Below are positions 24,771-38,265 of a DNA stretch of 64,000 nt, one piece after another. The DNA comes from Octopus sinensis. Lineage: Eukaryota. The position numbers and the translations under genes were made by a program. The DNA lies in the NCBI RefSeq assembly GCF_006345805.1, contig NC_042997.1, forward strand, positions 192,200,001 through 192,264,000, in the 5' to 3' direction. The notes below the pieces were generated by a model. The model worked only from the letters and a program-made list of their open reading frames with translations. It made no database searches and had not been told where the DNA came from. Positions within the stretch are counted from its first letter, which is position 1. The number at the start of each line of letters is the position of its first letter.

Positions 24771-26040
24771 GAAGTAGAGAAAAAGGAAGAAGGTAGTGAT
24801 TACAATGTAAACAAAAACAAATAAAAAACAAACAAAGAAAAGTGAACACCATTTTAAAATATGTTTAAATGACTGAAAATTATGCAAATAAACAGGGCAA
24901 TGGCTGGCAAAATCACAAGAATATTGGGTAAAAATGTTTTTGTAGTATTTAGTTACATTAGTTAAAGCACTCCATGGCTTGGGTTCAAATCACACCGCAG
25001 TCAACATTTGTTGTTGTTGTTGTTGGTGGTGGTGAATAAAATAAATATTATTGCAGAACTGGGTTGATCTAATCAACTATAATTTCCACCCCGTCCTATC
25101 TACCCGAATTTGTGGCATTGTGTTTAGGTTAGAAATCAATGGTCAGAAATCAATAAAGAATGGAGAGAAAGGAGGAAGGTGGGTGTGGATAGATCGAGTG
25201 CAGAAATGTATGAGCATCACAACTCGATTCTCTGACCCTGATTATATTTCCTCATTGATTTTTTATTTTTATGAACAACAAATATGTATTAAACTAGATT
25301 GGTTATATAATTTATGGATAATAACCACAAATGTAGATATTCGCATAAAATATTCAACAGTCAGACATAACATCAGAATTGGCTTAAAAACTGAAAAAAA
25401 AAAAAAAAAAAATCAGAAATAAACCCAAAATAAAATGTAAAATTCAGAAACAAAAACAGGTTAGAAAAATATAAATAAAACTAACGCAAAATTACTGGAA
25501 TATGCAAAAATCCTAGAAAAGAGTGAAAAAATAAATTAGTGATTATATATTTAAAAAACAAAAATCACATTTGTTTACACTTTTAGATTTTTTTTAGAAC
25601 CATGGCCAAGATCTAGAATTTAAAGGTCAAAACATGGAGTAGAATATAATAATAAATCAATGATTTTTTTTTCATTATCTATTTATTTATTTATTTGTTT
25701 ATTTTGTGATAATAGGAAATTTATTAACTTTTTGCTTGTTACTGCTGTGGTACAGAAGCAAGGAAGACTGATTGAGAAAAAAAAATCTGGCCAGTGGTCT
25801 GAAAGCATATTGCTTTTTCCATGCTGATCTTCAATGGTTTCATTGATCTGCGTGTGTGTGTGTGGGTGGGTGGGTGGGGGGTGGATACGTATAAGCATGT
25901 CTTATATACTTGAAGAGAAGAGCAGATCATCTTAATTGTAATTCTATGCCATTATGATCTTACATGCTTCCACTCTGTGTGTGTTGTCGGATATTATGGT
26001 CAGAAAATGATTGGTTTTAGAAAATAGTGAGTCCATCAAG

Positions 26041-26720
<680 letters not shown>

Positions 26721-27051
26721 CTAAACAGCTGGAAGTATGCTCAACCAACTCCTGCTGTATCAGATATGTACTTTACAGCTTACATATAATCGGCTTCTAG
26801 GCTGGTTGCTTGATCTATAACTCTGTGTCTGAATAAATGATGAGATGATCACAGTTGAAATGTCTGTAGTGATCATAGGTCTTCTTAATCAGAACCAGCC
26901 TGGGGTTAAACAGGGCCAATGACAACCGAAGCAACTAATACTAACAACTAACTATATTATGAATTAGATAATGCAGTCTTAGATACATTCAGGATATATA
27001 TATATAAAAATAATGAGATCATCATGAATGGAATAGATTTGAACTTAGATA

Positions 27052-30000
27052 CAGGGTGTTCAAAAGGTCTCTCCACAGTGAATTTTTTTATCCTGCGCAT
27101 CATCATGTTGCTACTTGAACCCTTTCATTACCAACAAATTTTGTCTTGTGAATGTTTAAAAAAAAAGATGGGTGAATGTAGCAAGGATGGCACGTGTGAT
27201 TGATGAAGCCACCTTGAGCATAATTCTATGAACCAAAAAAAAAAAACAGAAAGCGTGTATAGGGTGCTTTTTACATGCCCCCCCCCCTGGCATCAGCCAT
27301 GACTAGAATCTCACTTGGCTTGACAAGTTTGCTCAAGCACAGTGTGTGTGTGTGCGTGCGTGTGTGTCTGTGTGTGTGTGAGCGTGTGTGTGTGTGTGTG
27401 TGTGTGCACGCGCACATATGCATGTGTGTGTGTGTATGAACATATATTTCTTTACTACCCACAAAGGGCTAAACACAGAGGGGACAAACAAGGACAGACA
27501 AACAGATTAAGTCGATTACATCGACCCCCAGTGGGTAACTGGTACTTAATTTATTGACCCCGAAAGGATGAAAGGCAAAGTCGACTTTGGCGGAATTTGA
27601 ACTGGGAACGTAACCGGCTCTGGCTCTGTAGTACAAATGTCTTGTTTCCATAAGTTTTGAATTCAAATCTCCCACCAAACCTTAGTCACAATTTATGTTC
27701 CTAACACTAGCTTAATGATAACTAAGTTATTTTACTAAATTCTTTGTTATATTTAAAATAATTGAAAGAAGCACAGAGCATCTCAAAATGAATACAGTAA
27801 TGAAAGGGTTAAGATATATAATAGAGAAACAATTCTTAACCCTTTTGATACCAACCCAGCTGAAACCGCCTCTGGCTCTGTAGTACAAATGTCTTGTTTT
27901 CATAAGCTTTGAATTAAAATCTCCCACCAAACCTTAGTCACAATTTATGTTCCTAACACTAGCTTAATGATAACTAAGTTATTTTACTAAATTCTTTGTT
28001 ATATTTAAAATAATTGAAAGAAGCACAGAGCATCTCAAAATGAATACAGTAATGAAAGGGTTAAGATATATAATAGAGAAACAATTCTTAACCCTTTTGA
28101 TACCAACCCAGCTGAAACCGCCTCTGGCTCTGTAGTACAAATGTCTTGTTTTCATAAGCTTTGAATTAAAATCTCCCACCAAACCTTAGTCACAATTTAT
28201 GTTCCTAACACTAGCTTAATGATAACTAAGTTATTTTACTAAATTCTTTGTTATATTTAAAATAATTGAAAGAAGCACAGCACATCTCAAAATGAATACA
28301 GTAATGAAAGGGTTAAGATATATAATAGAGAAACAATTCTTAACCCTTTTGATACCAACCCAGCTGAAACCGCCTCTGGCTCTGTAGTACAAATGTCTTG
28401 TTTTCATAAGCTTTGAATTAAAATCTCCCACCAAACCTTAGTCACAATTTATGTTCCTAACACTAGCTTAATGATAACTAAGTTATTTTACTAAATTCTT
28501 TGTTATATTTAAAATAATTGAAAGAAGCACAGAGCATCTCAAAATGAATACAGTAATGAAAGGGTTAAGATATATAATAGAAAACAATTCTTAACCCTTT
28601 TGATACCAACCCAGCTGAAACCGCCTCTGGCTCTGTAGTACAAATGTCTTGTTTTCATAAGCTTTGAATTAAAATCTCCCACCAAACCTTAGTCACAATT
28701 TATGTTCCTAACACTAGCTTAATGATAACTAAGTTATTTTACTAATTCTTTGTTATATTTAAAATAATTGAAAGAAGCACAGAGCATCTCAAAATGAATA
28801 CAGTAATGAAGGGTTAAGATATATAATAGAGAAACAATTCTTAACCCTTTTGATACCAACCCAGCTGAAACCGCCTCTGGCTCTGTAGTACAAATGTCTT
28901 GTTTTCATAAGCTTTGAATTAAAATCTCCCACCAAACCTTAGTCACAATTTATGTTCCTAACACTAGCTTAATGATAACTAAGTTATTTTACTAAATTCT
29001 TTGTTATATTTAAAATAATTGAAAGAAGCACAGAGCATCTCAAAATGAATACAGTAATGAAAGGGTTAAGATATATAATAGAGAAAATTCTTAACCCTTT
29101 TGATACCAACCCAGCTGAAACACCGCCTCTGGCTCTGTAGTACAAATGTCTTGTTTTCATAAGCTTTGAATTAAAATCTCCCACCAAACCTTAGTCACAA
29201 TTTATGTTCCTAACACTAGCTTAATGATAACTAAGTTATTTTACTAAATTCTTGTTATATTTAAAATAATTGAAAGAAGCACAGAGCATCTCAAAATGAA
29301 TACAGTAACGAAAGGGTTAAGATATATAATAGAGAAACAATTCTTAACCCTTTTGATACCAACCCAGCTGAAACCGCCTCTGGCTCTGTAGTACAAATGT
29401 CTTGTTTTCATAAGCTTTGAATTAAAATCTTCCACCAAACCTTAGTCACAATTAATGTTCCTAACACTAGCTTAATGATAACTAAGTTATTTTACTAAAT
29501 TCTTTGTTATATTTAAAATAATAGAAAGAAGCACAGAGCATCTCAAAATGAATACAGTAATGAAAGGGTTAAGATATATAATAGAGAAACAATTCTTAAC
29601 CCTTTTGATACCAACCCAGCTGAAACCGCCTCTGGCTCTGTAGTACAAATGTCTTGTTTTCATAAGCTTTGAATTAAAATCTCCCACCAAACCTTAGTAA
29701 CAATTTATGTTCCTAACACTAGCTTAATGATAACTAAGTTATTTTACTAAATTCTTTGTTATATTTAAAATAATTGAAAGAAGCACAGAGCATCACAAAA
29801 TAAATACAGTAACGAAAGGGTTAAGATATATAATAGAGAAACAATTCTTAACCCTTTTGATACCAACCCAGCTGAAACCGCCTCTGGCTCTGTAGTACAA
29901 ATGTCTTGTTTTCATAAGCTTTGAATTAAAATCTTCCACCAAACCTTAGTCACAATTAATGTTCCTAACACTAGCTTAATGATAACTAAGTTATTTTACT

Positions 30001-30241
30001 AAATTCTTTGTTATATTTAAAATAATTGAAAGAAGCACAGAGCATCTCAAAATGAATACAGTAACGAAAGGGTTAAGAGTTTTTCGGTGAATGGATTAAT
30101 TCGAAGGGACTTTGGCCACCAAGATCACCTGATTTCACATCACCAGACTTTTTTTTCTGGGGAGCAAGTAAACGGCCTGTGTACAAAAATCACCCAAAAA
30201 CCATTAAATACTTGCTGTGGAGAGACTTTGTGAACACCCTG
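27052..30241 (+). mobile_element. Tc1/mariner-superfamily (DDxD, WPPRSPD-type) deletion derivative hosting nested insertions
   Basis: 27-bp TIRs CAGGGTGTTCAAAAGGTCTCTCCACAG / CTGTGGAGAGACTTTGTGAACACCCTG with TA on both sides. Removing 27120-30076 restores in-frame MLLLEEFFGEWINSKGLWPPRSPDFTSPDFFFWGASKRPVYKNHPKTI. Confidence 0.88.
27120..30076 (+). repeat. Tandem array (~252-bp period, 10 units) of a piggyBac-type MITE
   Basis: Each unit is TTAA-CCCTTTTGATAC...GTAATGAAAGGG-TTAA plus a 23-bp spacer. Right-end TTAAs finish at 27812, 28064, 28316, 28568, 28817, 29069, 29320, 29572, 29824 and 30076. Unit 1 is split by an insertion. Confidence 0.9.
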
Positions 30242-30489
30242 TATATTTGGTTAGAGCTGACCCGGAACAAAGGGGCAGAGCAGCCTTAGCAACTGCTACA
30301 ACTGGTGCATGTTTTAAAATTTGTTATTGTTGTTTTGCCCTTGGTCAACCCTGATCGAGTTGGCCTATGATCAAATGTGTTTCAGTCATGATCATTCTGT
30401 CTGTTTGAGATTATCTGGGATTATAATATTAGAAGGCAAAAAATACTTGAAGCATAGATTGGTTGCTGGGTTAAGCAAGTTGAGTAACC

Positions 30490-30551
<62 letters not shown>

Positions 30552-30604
30552 AGAGAGAGAGATAGAGAGAGAGAGACGCCCTCTTTGGTTTATATATTAT
30601 TGTA

Positions 30605-30812
30605 AAGCTGGCAGAAACGTTAGCATAGCCGTATTTCATCTGTTGTTATGTTCTGAGTTCAAATTCCGCCAAGGTCGACTTTGCTTTTCATCCTTTCGGG
30701 GTCGATAAATTAAGTAGCAGTTACGCACTGGGGTTGATGTAATTGACTTAATCCCTTTGTCTGTCCTTGTTTGTCCCCTCTGTGTTTAGCCCCTTGTGGG
30801 TAGTAAAGAAAT
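30605..30812 (+). mobile_element. SINE family B
   Basis: AGCTGGCAGAAACGTTAGC...GAGTTCAAATTCC...TTAGCCCCTTGTGGGTAGTAAAGAAATA. Confidence 0.85.
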
Positions 30813-30951
30813 ATATATTATTGTAATGGTGAGTGAGGTGGGATCTGAATGTAGAATGACAAAACTAAATGCTGAAAAGTATTCCTGCACCCTGTTACAT
30901 TTTCTTTACCAACACCTTCATTACCGTCACTATCAGTACCTCCACTATTAA

Positions 30952-32136
30952 CCCATATATGCCCATAAAAAAACTGAAGTCTTAAAATTTCGCTGTATTT
31001 AGATTAAACATTATTGTAAGCTCTTCACAATCTGGAAGAGAAGGACAGTATGCAACTGTTAGTTACGGGTGTCGACTCCCTACTGAATATTTTGTATGCT
31101 CAGTCAGATGGTTCCTGGCAAGTTCATGTCCAAACAAATAAGGAGCAGGTTTTGCATTGCAAAAATGCAACCAGTGGTATATGCTTTTATTCTTTTACTC
31201 TTTTACTTGTTTCAGTCATTTGACTGTCGCCATGCTGGAGCACCACCTTTAGTCGAGCAAATCAACTCCAGGACTTATTCTTTGGAAGCCTAGTACTTAT
31301 TCTATTGGTCTCTTTTGCCAAACCGCTAAGTTACGGGCATGTAAATACACCAGCATCGGTTGTCAAGCGATGTTGGGGGGACAAACACAGATACACAAAC
31401 ATATACACACACATATTCATATATATATATGGCCTGGTGCAGCCTTCGGGCTCCCCAGACACCAGTTGAACCGTCCAACCCATGCTAGCATGGAAAGCGG
31501 ACGTTAAATGATGATGATGATGATGATGATATATATATATATATTTATTTATATATATATACCGTAGCCAGTACCGCAACGACTGGCCTCCGTGCTGAGG
31601 GCACGTAACAAACACCATCCGAGCGTGACCGTCCGCCAGCCTCATCTGGCACCTGTGTCGGTGACACATAAGAAAACACCATCCGAGCGTGGCCGTCAGC
31701 CAGCCTCGTCTGGCACCTGTGTCGGTGGCACATAAAATCACCCACTACACTCTCGGAGTGGTTGGCGTTAGGAAGGGCATCCAGCTGTAGAAACAGCTGT
31801 AGATCTGACTGGCCTGGTGCAGCCTTCGGGCTTGCCAGACCCCAGTTGAACCGTCCAACCCATGCTAGCATGGAAAGCAGACGTTAAACGATGATGATGA
31901 TGATGATGATGGTCTTCTTTCAGTTTCCGTCTACCAGATCCACTCACAAGGCTTTGGTCGGCCTGAGGCTATAGTAGAAGACACTTGCCCAAAGTGCCAT
32001 GTTGTGGGACTGAACCCAGAACCATGTGGTTGGTAAGCAAGCTACTTACCACATAGCCACTCCTATGCCAAGTTCATGTCCATATAAGTAGGAGCAGATT
32101 TTGCATTGTGAAAACGCAACCAGAGGTACATATGGG
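30952..32136. mobile_element. Second TTAA-flanked piggyBac-type MITE with nested SINE-A/family-C pieces
   Basis: TTAA|CCCATATATGCC ... GGTACATATGGG|TTAA (10/12 TIR match). A ~65-bp internal segment is duplicated (31119-31185, 32068-32135) around the nested cluster. Confidence 0.55.
31560..31910 (+). mobile_element. Solo RTE 3'-end element (family C), two 62-bp units
   Basis: Reverse complement of 36330-36745 and 56860-57400. Confidence 0.8.
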
Positions 32137-32352
32137 TTAACACCATCACTATGAAGAACTTCACTATTGACCCAACAACACCAGCACCTTCATAGATGGT
32201 GAGCTGGCAGAATCGTTACTGCACTGGGAAAAATGCTTAGCAGCTTTCTTCCAATTTTATGTTTGGAGTTTAAATGTCTCCAAGACTGACTTGGCCTTTT
32301 ATCATTTCAGCATCCATAAAATAAGCAAATACAATCATTCATTAACAGATGC

Positions 32353-32691
32353 TTGCGTAGTATACTTAAAATTAGATGGCCTGAACACATAAGCAATATG
32401 GAGCTATGGCAAAGAACAAATCAAGTTTCAATGAGGGAGCAAATATTTAAGAAAAAGTGGAAGTGGATTAGTAGCACAATTAGAAAAGTAACACCAAATG
32501 TAGTGAAAAGTGCTTTACAGTGGAATCCAGATGGATATAGGAGAGGTAGGCCTAAGAACTTGTGGCGGAGATCAACACAAAAGGAACTAGAGAAAGGGAG
32601 ACATTCATGGCAGAGTATAAGTACAGAAGCCAAAAATTATGCGACATGGAATTCAACTATAAGTGGCCTATACTCTGCGTTGGAGGGTTAA
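32353..32691 (+). mobile_element. C-terminal fragment of a second RTE-type LINE
   Basis: RSILKIRWPEHISNMELWQRTNQ...KKKWKWI...ALQWNPDG.RRGRPKNLWRR, typical of RTE ORF2 C-termini. Confidence 0.8.
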
Positions 32692-33051
32692 AGGCATAAT
32701 GAAGAAAGAAAATAAGTACAAGTTGAAATTTATAGTTGGTGTAATTGACTTAGCCCCTCCCCTTAAATTGCTGGCTTTGTGCCAAATTTGAAACCGATAT
32801 TAAGGTGACATGCTGGCAGAATTGTTACCGTGCCAGACAATATGCTTTACAACATGTCTTCTAACTTTATGTTCTGAGTTCAAATGCCGCCGCGGTTGAC
32901 TTTGCCCTTCATTCTTTCAGGGTTGATAAAATAAGTACCAGTTGAGCACTGGGGTTGATATAATCAACTCAGCCCCATATATAAACATATGCATCTATCT
33001 ATCTATCCATCTATCTATCTGTGTCTGTCTGTTTGTCTGAATGTCTGTCTG

Positions 33052-33091
<40 letters not shown>

Positions 33092-33187
33092 CCTATCTAT
33101 CTATCTATCCATCTGTCTATGTATGTATGTATGTATGTATGTATGTATATATGTATGTATGTATCTCTCTCTCTCTCTATCTATCTA

Positions 33188-33835
33188 TCATGTTGCTCTC
33201 AAGCAACACAACCAAAGCATTCTATGGGGATTAGTGGAGGGGAGGTACGACGACGATCTCAGGGTGAACCTGGGTGGCGACAAGGAATAGTTGACCTGCA
33301 TGTTCAAGATGACTTTCGGGCCGGAGCCTATGGACAACTTCCAGAGATCCCTGGCCTGGCAGTGCTATCGTGAAGTGCTACCCATTTGGGATAAGCTCTA
33401 CAGGCATGGCTCAAGAAACACGGGGCCAACCTGCCCAAGATGCAGTCAGAGTGACGAAATCATTCTGCACACAGTCGTACAGTGTCCAACCATTTCTGAC
33501 CTGTGGGCCTATGTCGAACGACCGCTATTGCGTGTGGGATGAGTTGGTTTATCAACCGAGTCTTTCGTGAATATTGTTGTGCCTCCTTCCTTGAAACGGG
33601 AAGGAAGAGCCATTTTCATCGCACTTGTGGTTATTGTGAAAGAATGTGTATGGTGGACACGTCAAGAGACAAACACTTTCTTCTTTGATGAATCTCTCAT
33701 CAACTTCTTCAAGTATCACTTGAAGAGGAACATGAGAGTAGAGAGGGAAGTTTTGTCTAGTGAATGTTTAAAAAAAAAGATGGGTGAATGTAGCAAGGAT
33801 GGCACGTGTGAATGACGAAGCCACCTTGAGCATAA
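33188..33835 (+). mobile_element. Tx1/L1-like LINE ORF2 C-terminal remnant
   Basis: FQRSLAWQCYREVLP..DKLYRHG...CPRCSQSDEIILHTVVQCP (CCHC knuckle) followed by ...VKECVWWTR...LINFFKYHLKR; contains stops and frameshifts. Confidence 0.85.
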
Positions 33836-34049
33836 TTCTATGACCAAAAAAAAAAAAGAAAGCATGTATAGGGTGCTTTTTACATGCCTCCCGGCATCAA
33901 CCATGACTAGAATCTCACTTGGCTTCACAAGTTTTCTCAAGCACAGTGTGTGTGTGTGTGCATGTGTGTGTGTCTGTGTGTATGCGTGTGTGTGTGTGTG
34001 TGGGGGGGTGCACGCGCACGCATGCATGTGTGTGTGTATGGACATATAT

Positions 34050-34280
34050 TTCTTTACTACCCACAAGGGGCTAAACACAGAGAGGACAAACAAGGACAAA
34101 CAAAGGGATTAAGTCGATTACATCGACCCCAGTGCATAACTGGTACTTAATTTATCGACCCCGAAAGAATGAAAGGCAAAGTCGACCTTGGCGGAATTTG
34201 AACTCGGAACGTATCGACAGACGAAATACGGCTATGCATTTCGCCCGGCGTGCTAATGTTTCTGCCAGCTCGCCGCCTTG
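34050..34280 (-). mobile_element. SINE family B (complete)
   Basis: Ends GTTTCTGCCAGCTCGCCGCCTT, the reverse complement of the family head. Confidence 0.85.
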
Positions 34281-35589
34281 ACCATATGTATGTATGAACA
34301 TATGTATGTATATTAATGATTATTTGTTTGTTATACCAAACACATAATGAGTAATAATCACATCACCAATTGTAGAGACAAAACACTATTTATTTACTTA
34401 TAGTAGGTGCTTATTTGAAAGTCTTACTGGTACAGACTTCTCATACCAGTCAAAACTAAGGACACAAGTCTCTCTAATGAGCAAGTGTTTTAGTCTCTGC
34501 ACCTGAGGTTAGCAGCATGCACAACATTAAATGAATTAAGGTGAAGTCAGTATTTAACAAGCCTCTTTTGGTGACATTTCAAAATAAACATTCACTATTT
34601 ATATTGTATAATATATACATACATACATGCATGTATGTATGTATGTATGTATGTATGTATGTATGTATGTATGTATGTATGTATGTATGTATGTATGTAT
34701 GTATGTATGTATGTATGTATGTATGTATGCATGCATGTATGTATGTATGTATGTTTGTATGTATGTATGTATGCATGCATGTATGTATGTATGTATACAT
34801 ATGCACACACACATATATATATATTATATATATATAAATATATATATACACATACACATACATATATATACATATATATATATACATACCTATTATAATA
34901 TATATATATATTATATATATATATAAAAGGCAGACTCAGAGTAAAAGGCAGACTGTATGATGCATGTGTACGAACAGATCTGACTGGCCTGGTGCAGCCT
35001 TCGGGCTCCCCAGACCCCAGTTGAACCGTCCAACCCATGCTAGCATGGAAAGCGGATGTTAAATGATGATGATGATGATGATGATGATGATATATATATA
35101 CATACATACATACATACATTTATACATACATATATCTATATATATATGTACACACTCATATATACATACACACATTTATTTATGTGTATATACATACATA
35201 CGCATACACACACACACATATATATATATATATACATACACACACACACATATATATATACATACACATGCACACACATATATGTATATAAACACAAACA
35301 TACACACACACACACGCACATACATGTGGTGTGTGTGTGTGTGTGTGTGTGTGAACAGAAAAAAATAAACAGCCAGTAGTTATTTTAACAATCCTGATGG
35401 GTGAGGGCAGATGGTGGTGGTGGTTGGTGGGAGGTGCAGGGATGAAAGGCAAAGTCAATCTCGGTGGGATTTGTACTATGTACATAAAGGAACCCAAAGA
35501 ACTTAACTAAATACCAGAAGGCGTTTATGATGTAGTCTGGCTCTTAAACAGTTTCTGCCATTCCATCACTGTTCACTTGCAACAATATT

Positions 35590-35611
35590 AAAATGACAAC
35601 GGCAACAGCAA

Positions 35612-35670
<59 letters not shown>

Positions 35671-36190
35671 TCATCATCATCATAATGACAACAATGACAG
35701 CGATGATAGTGATGATGGTGATGATGATGATCATCATCATAATAGTGGTTATGATGATAATGATGATGATGATGATAGTGGTGGTGGTGGGGGGTGATGT
35801 GGTGATGATGATGATGATGAGGATAATGATAGTGGTGAGGGTGATGGTGATGATGATGGTGATGGTGATGATGGTGATGATGATGATGACGACGACGAGG
35901 GTGGTGATGGTGGTAGTGATGGTGATGGTGATGATGATGATGATGATGATGATAGTGGTGGGGGTAGTGATGATGGTGATAATGGTGATGATGATGATGA
36001 TGTTGATGATGATAGTGGTGGGGTGGTGATGATGGTGATGATGATGATAATGAGGGTGGTGATGGTGGTGATAGTGGTGGTGGTGACAATGACGACGATG
36101 ATGATGATAGTGGTGGTGGTGACAATGACGATGATGATGATGATAGTGGTGGGGATGATGATGATGATGATGATGATAACGGTAATGATC
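35590..36190. repeat. Compound trinucleotide tract (AAT/GAT/GGT)
   Basis: Direct inspection. Confidence 0.9.
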
Positions 36191-36329
36191 TTTTATAGTA
36201 TAAGGCACAAGGCCTGAAATTTTGGGAGAGATGTCCAGTATTTGACTGGTATCTATTTTATAGATCCTGAAAGGATGACTGGCAAAGTCTGTCTCGGCAG
36301 AATTTGAATAATAATAATAATAATAATCA

Positions 36330-36745
36330 TCATCATCATCATCATCATCATTTAACGTCCGCTTTCCATGCTAGCATGGGTTGGACGGTTCAACTGGGGT
36401 CTCGGGAGCCCGAAAGCTGCACCAGTCCAGTCAGATCTGGCAGTGTTTCTACAGCTGGATGCCCTTCCTAACGCCAACCACTCCGAGAGTGTAGTGGGTG
36501 ATTTTATGTGCCACCGACACAGGTGCCAGACGAGGCTGGCAAACGGCCACGCTCGGATGGTGTTTTTTATGTGCCACCGACACAGGGGCCAGACGAGGGG
36601 CAGACGGCCACGCTCGGATGGTGTTTTTTATGTGCCACCGACACAGGTGCCAGATGAGGCTGGCAAACGGCCACGATCGGATGGTGTACTTGTTACGTGC
36701 CCACAGCACGGAGCCAGTCGATGCGGTACTGGCTACGGCACGTTC
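36330..36745 (-). mobile_element. Solo RTE 3'-end element (family C), three 62-bp units
   Basis: Nearly identical to 56860-57100. Confidence 0.85.
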
Positions 36746-36748
36746 GGA

Positions 36749-36780
<32 letters not shown>

Positions 36781-36781
<1 letters not shown>

Positions 36782-37034
36782 AGACAATACAAAGAACATG
36801 ATGTGACTGCAATAGATATTTAATTTGTTTGACCAATATTTCAACAGCTTGCCTGTCTTTGACAAGTTCAAAATTTAAAATTATATGAATGTAGAATATT
36901 TTGTTGTCATATGATTTTGAATTTCTGTGTATCACGTTTCATTTTGAACTTGACAAAGACAAGTAAGCTGTTGAAATATCGTTCAAACCAATAGAATATC
37001 TGTTGCAATCGTATCACACTCTTTGTATTGTCTA
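36781..37034. mobile_element. Fold-back palindrome / MITE
   Basis: ~94-bp arms TAGACAATACAAAGA...TCAACAGCTT...GTTCAAAAT and their reverse complement. Confidence 0.8.
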
Positions 37035-37149
37035 TTTCCTTTCATGAAGAGTTTCATCAATCCTTTTAAAATATAATAATATAATAATATTACGGAGATG
37101 TACTTGCATAGCAAGTGACCTGATCTGAGATCGTGTGCTGAAACAAAAA

Positions 37150-37785
37150 CAATTGCAGCATGGAAGGTGTTTATAAGCTATTTAGAAACACACAAAAAAC
37201 CGTTAGATTCACTTCAACATTTAAACTTAATAAAGATTGTTTGTCAACATAACATGGCAGTTCTGGTTTAGGACTAATGTTGCTGTAATATAGCCCCAGG
37301 AGACATCGTCTCCAGCTGGCTATACATCCGTCTTCACGTTCTGAGTTCAAATTCTGCTGAGGTCAACTTTGTGTTTCATCCTTTCAGGGTTGATAAATAA
37401 AATATAGCACACTGCACGATGTCTCTTGGAGGAAATTACAGCAACATTCGTCCTAAACCAGGACTGCCATGTTATGTTGGCAAACAATCTTTACTACAAA
37501 GTACTATTGCTGAATATCTCACGTTCTGAGATTTAGAAATAGTGTTTTTTTTAATTTAAAATTTAACTCATCAAAATATTTTCGGTGCTTTGAAACCGCG
37601 ACCAATTCACCAACAAAATTCCGTGCTGTATCTCATTATGCTGGATTTTATCAGTGAACCGGTCACAGTTTCAAAGCAACAAAAATATTTTGACGAATTA
37701 AATCTAAATGCTGACATGAATCTAACGGTTTTTTTTTGTGTATTTTTAAATGGCTTATAAACACCTTCCATGCAGCAATTGAATA
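37150..37785. mobile_element. Nested palindromic elements
   Basis: Outer arms AATTGCAGCATGGAAGGTGTTTATAAG...CCGTTAGATTCA and their inverse at 37700-37785. An inner inverted pair (37231-37320 / 37415-37495) encloses a SINE-B fragment. Confidence 0.75.
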
Positions 37786-38265
37786 TAATAATAATTATAG
37801 TAATAACAACCTTCTCTATTATAAGCACAGGATCTAAAATTTCAAGTTGGGGGTCGGTTAATTGATTACCATAACCCCGGTGCTTGACTGATACTTATTT
37901 CATCAACCTCAAAAGGATGAAAGGCAAAGTCGACCTCACTGGAATTTGAAAAGTAATCCTAATAAAAATATTAACCGTAACAATAGGTGCAAAGTGAGAT
38001 TCCTGGAATTAACCAATGAGGAAGTATCCATTACAAGTGGTACCCTGTGTTCTAAAATAACTCTGTTAGTTGCATCGAGTATAATTGTTCCTGCTATAGC
38101 TGTGTTTTTGAGATGTTGGTGTAGCTAACCTACCTTTACACCGACTGATTGGTGGGTTGGGTAAAAAGGTATATATATATATCTTAATTTTAGCATGTGT
38201 GTACCACAAATGTGCTTGAAGGTATATAATTACATCCCTTACTAAAATTCACATTAAACCCTACT

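Noticed and set aside
27809-30076. 252-bp array as a CRISPR array or as repeated 67-aa genes
   Set aside because: The spacer is constant, there are no cas genes and the context is eukaryotic. The minus-strand ORFs are by-products of the MITE unit.
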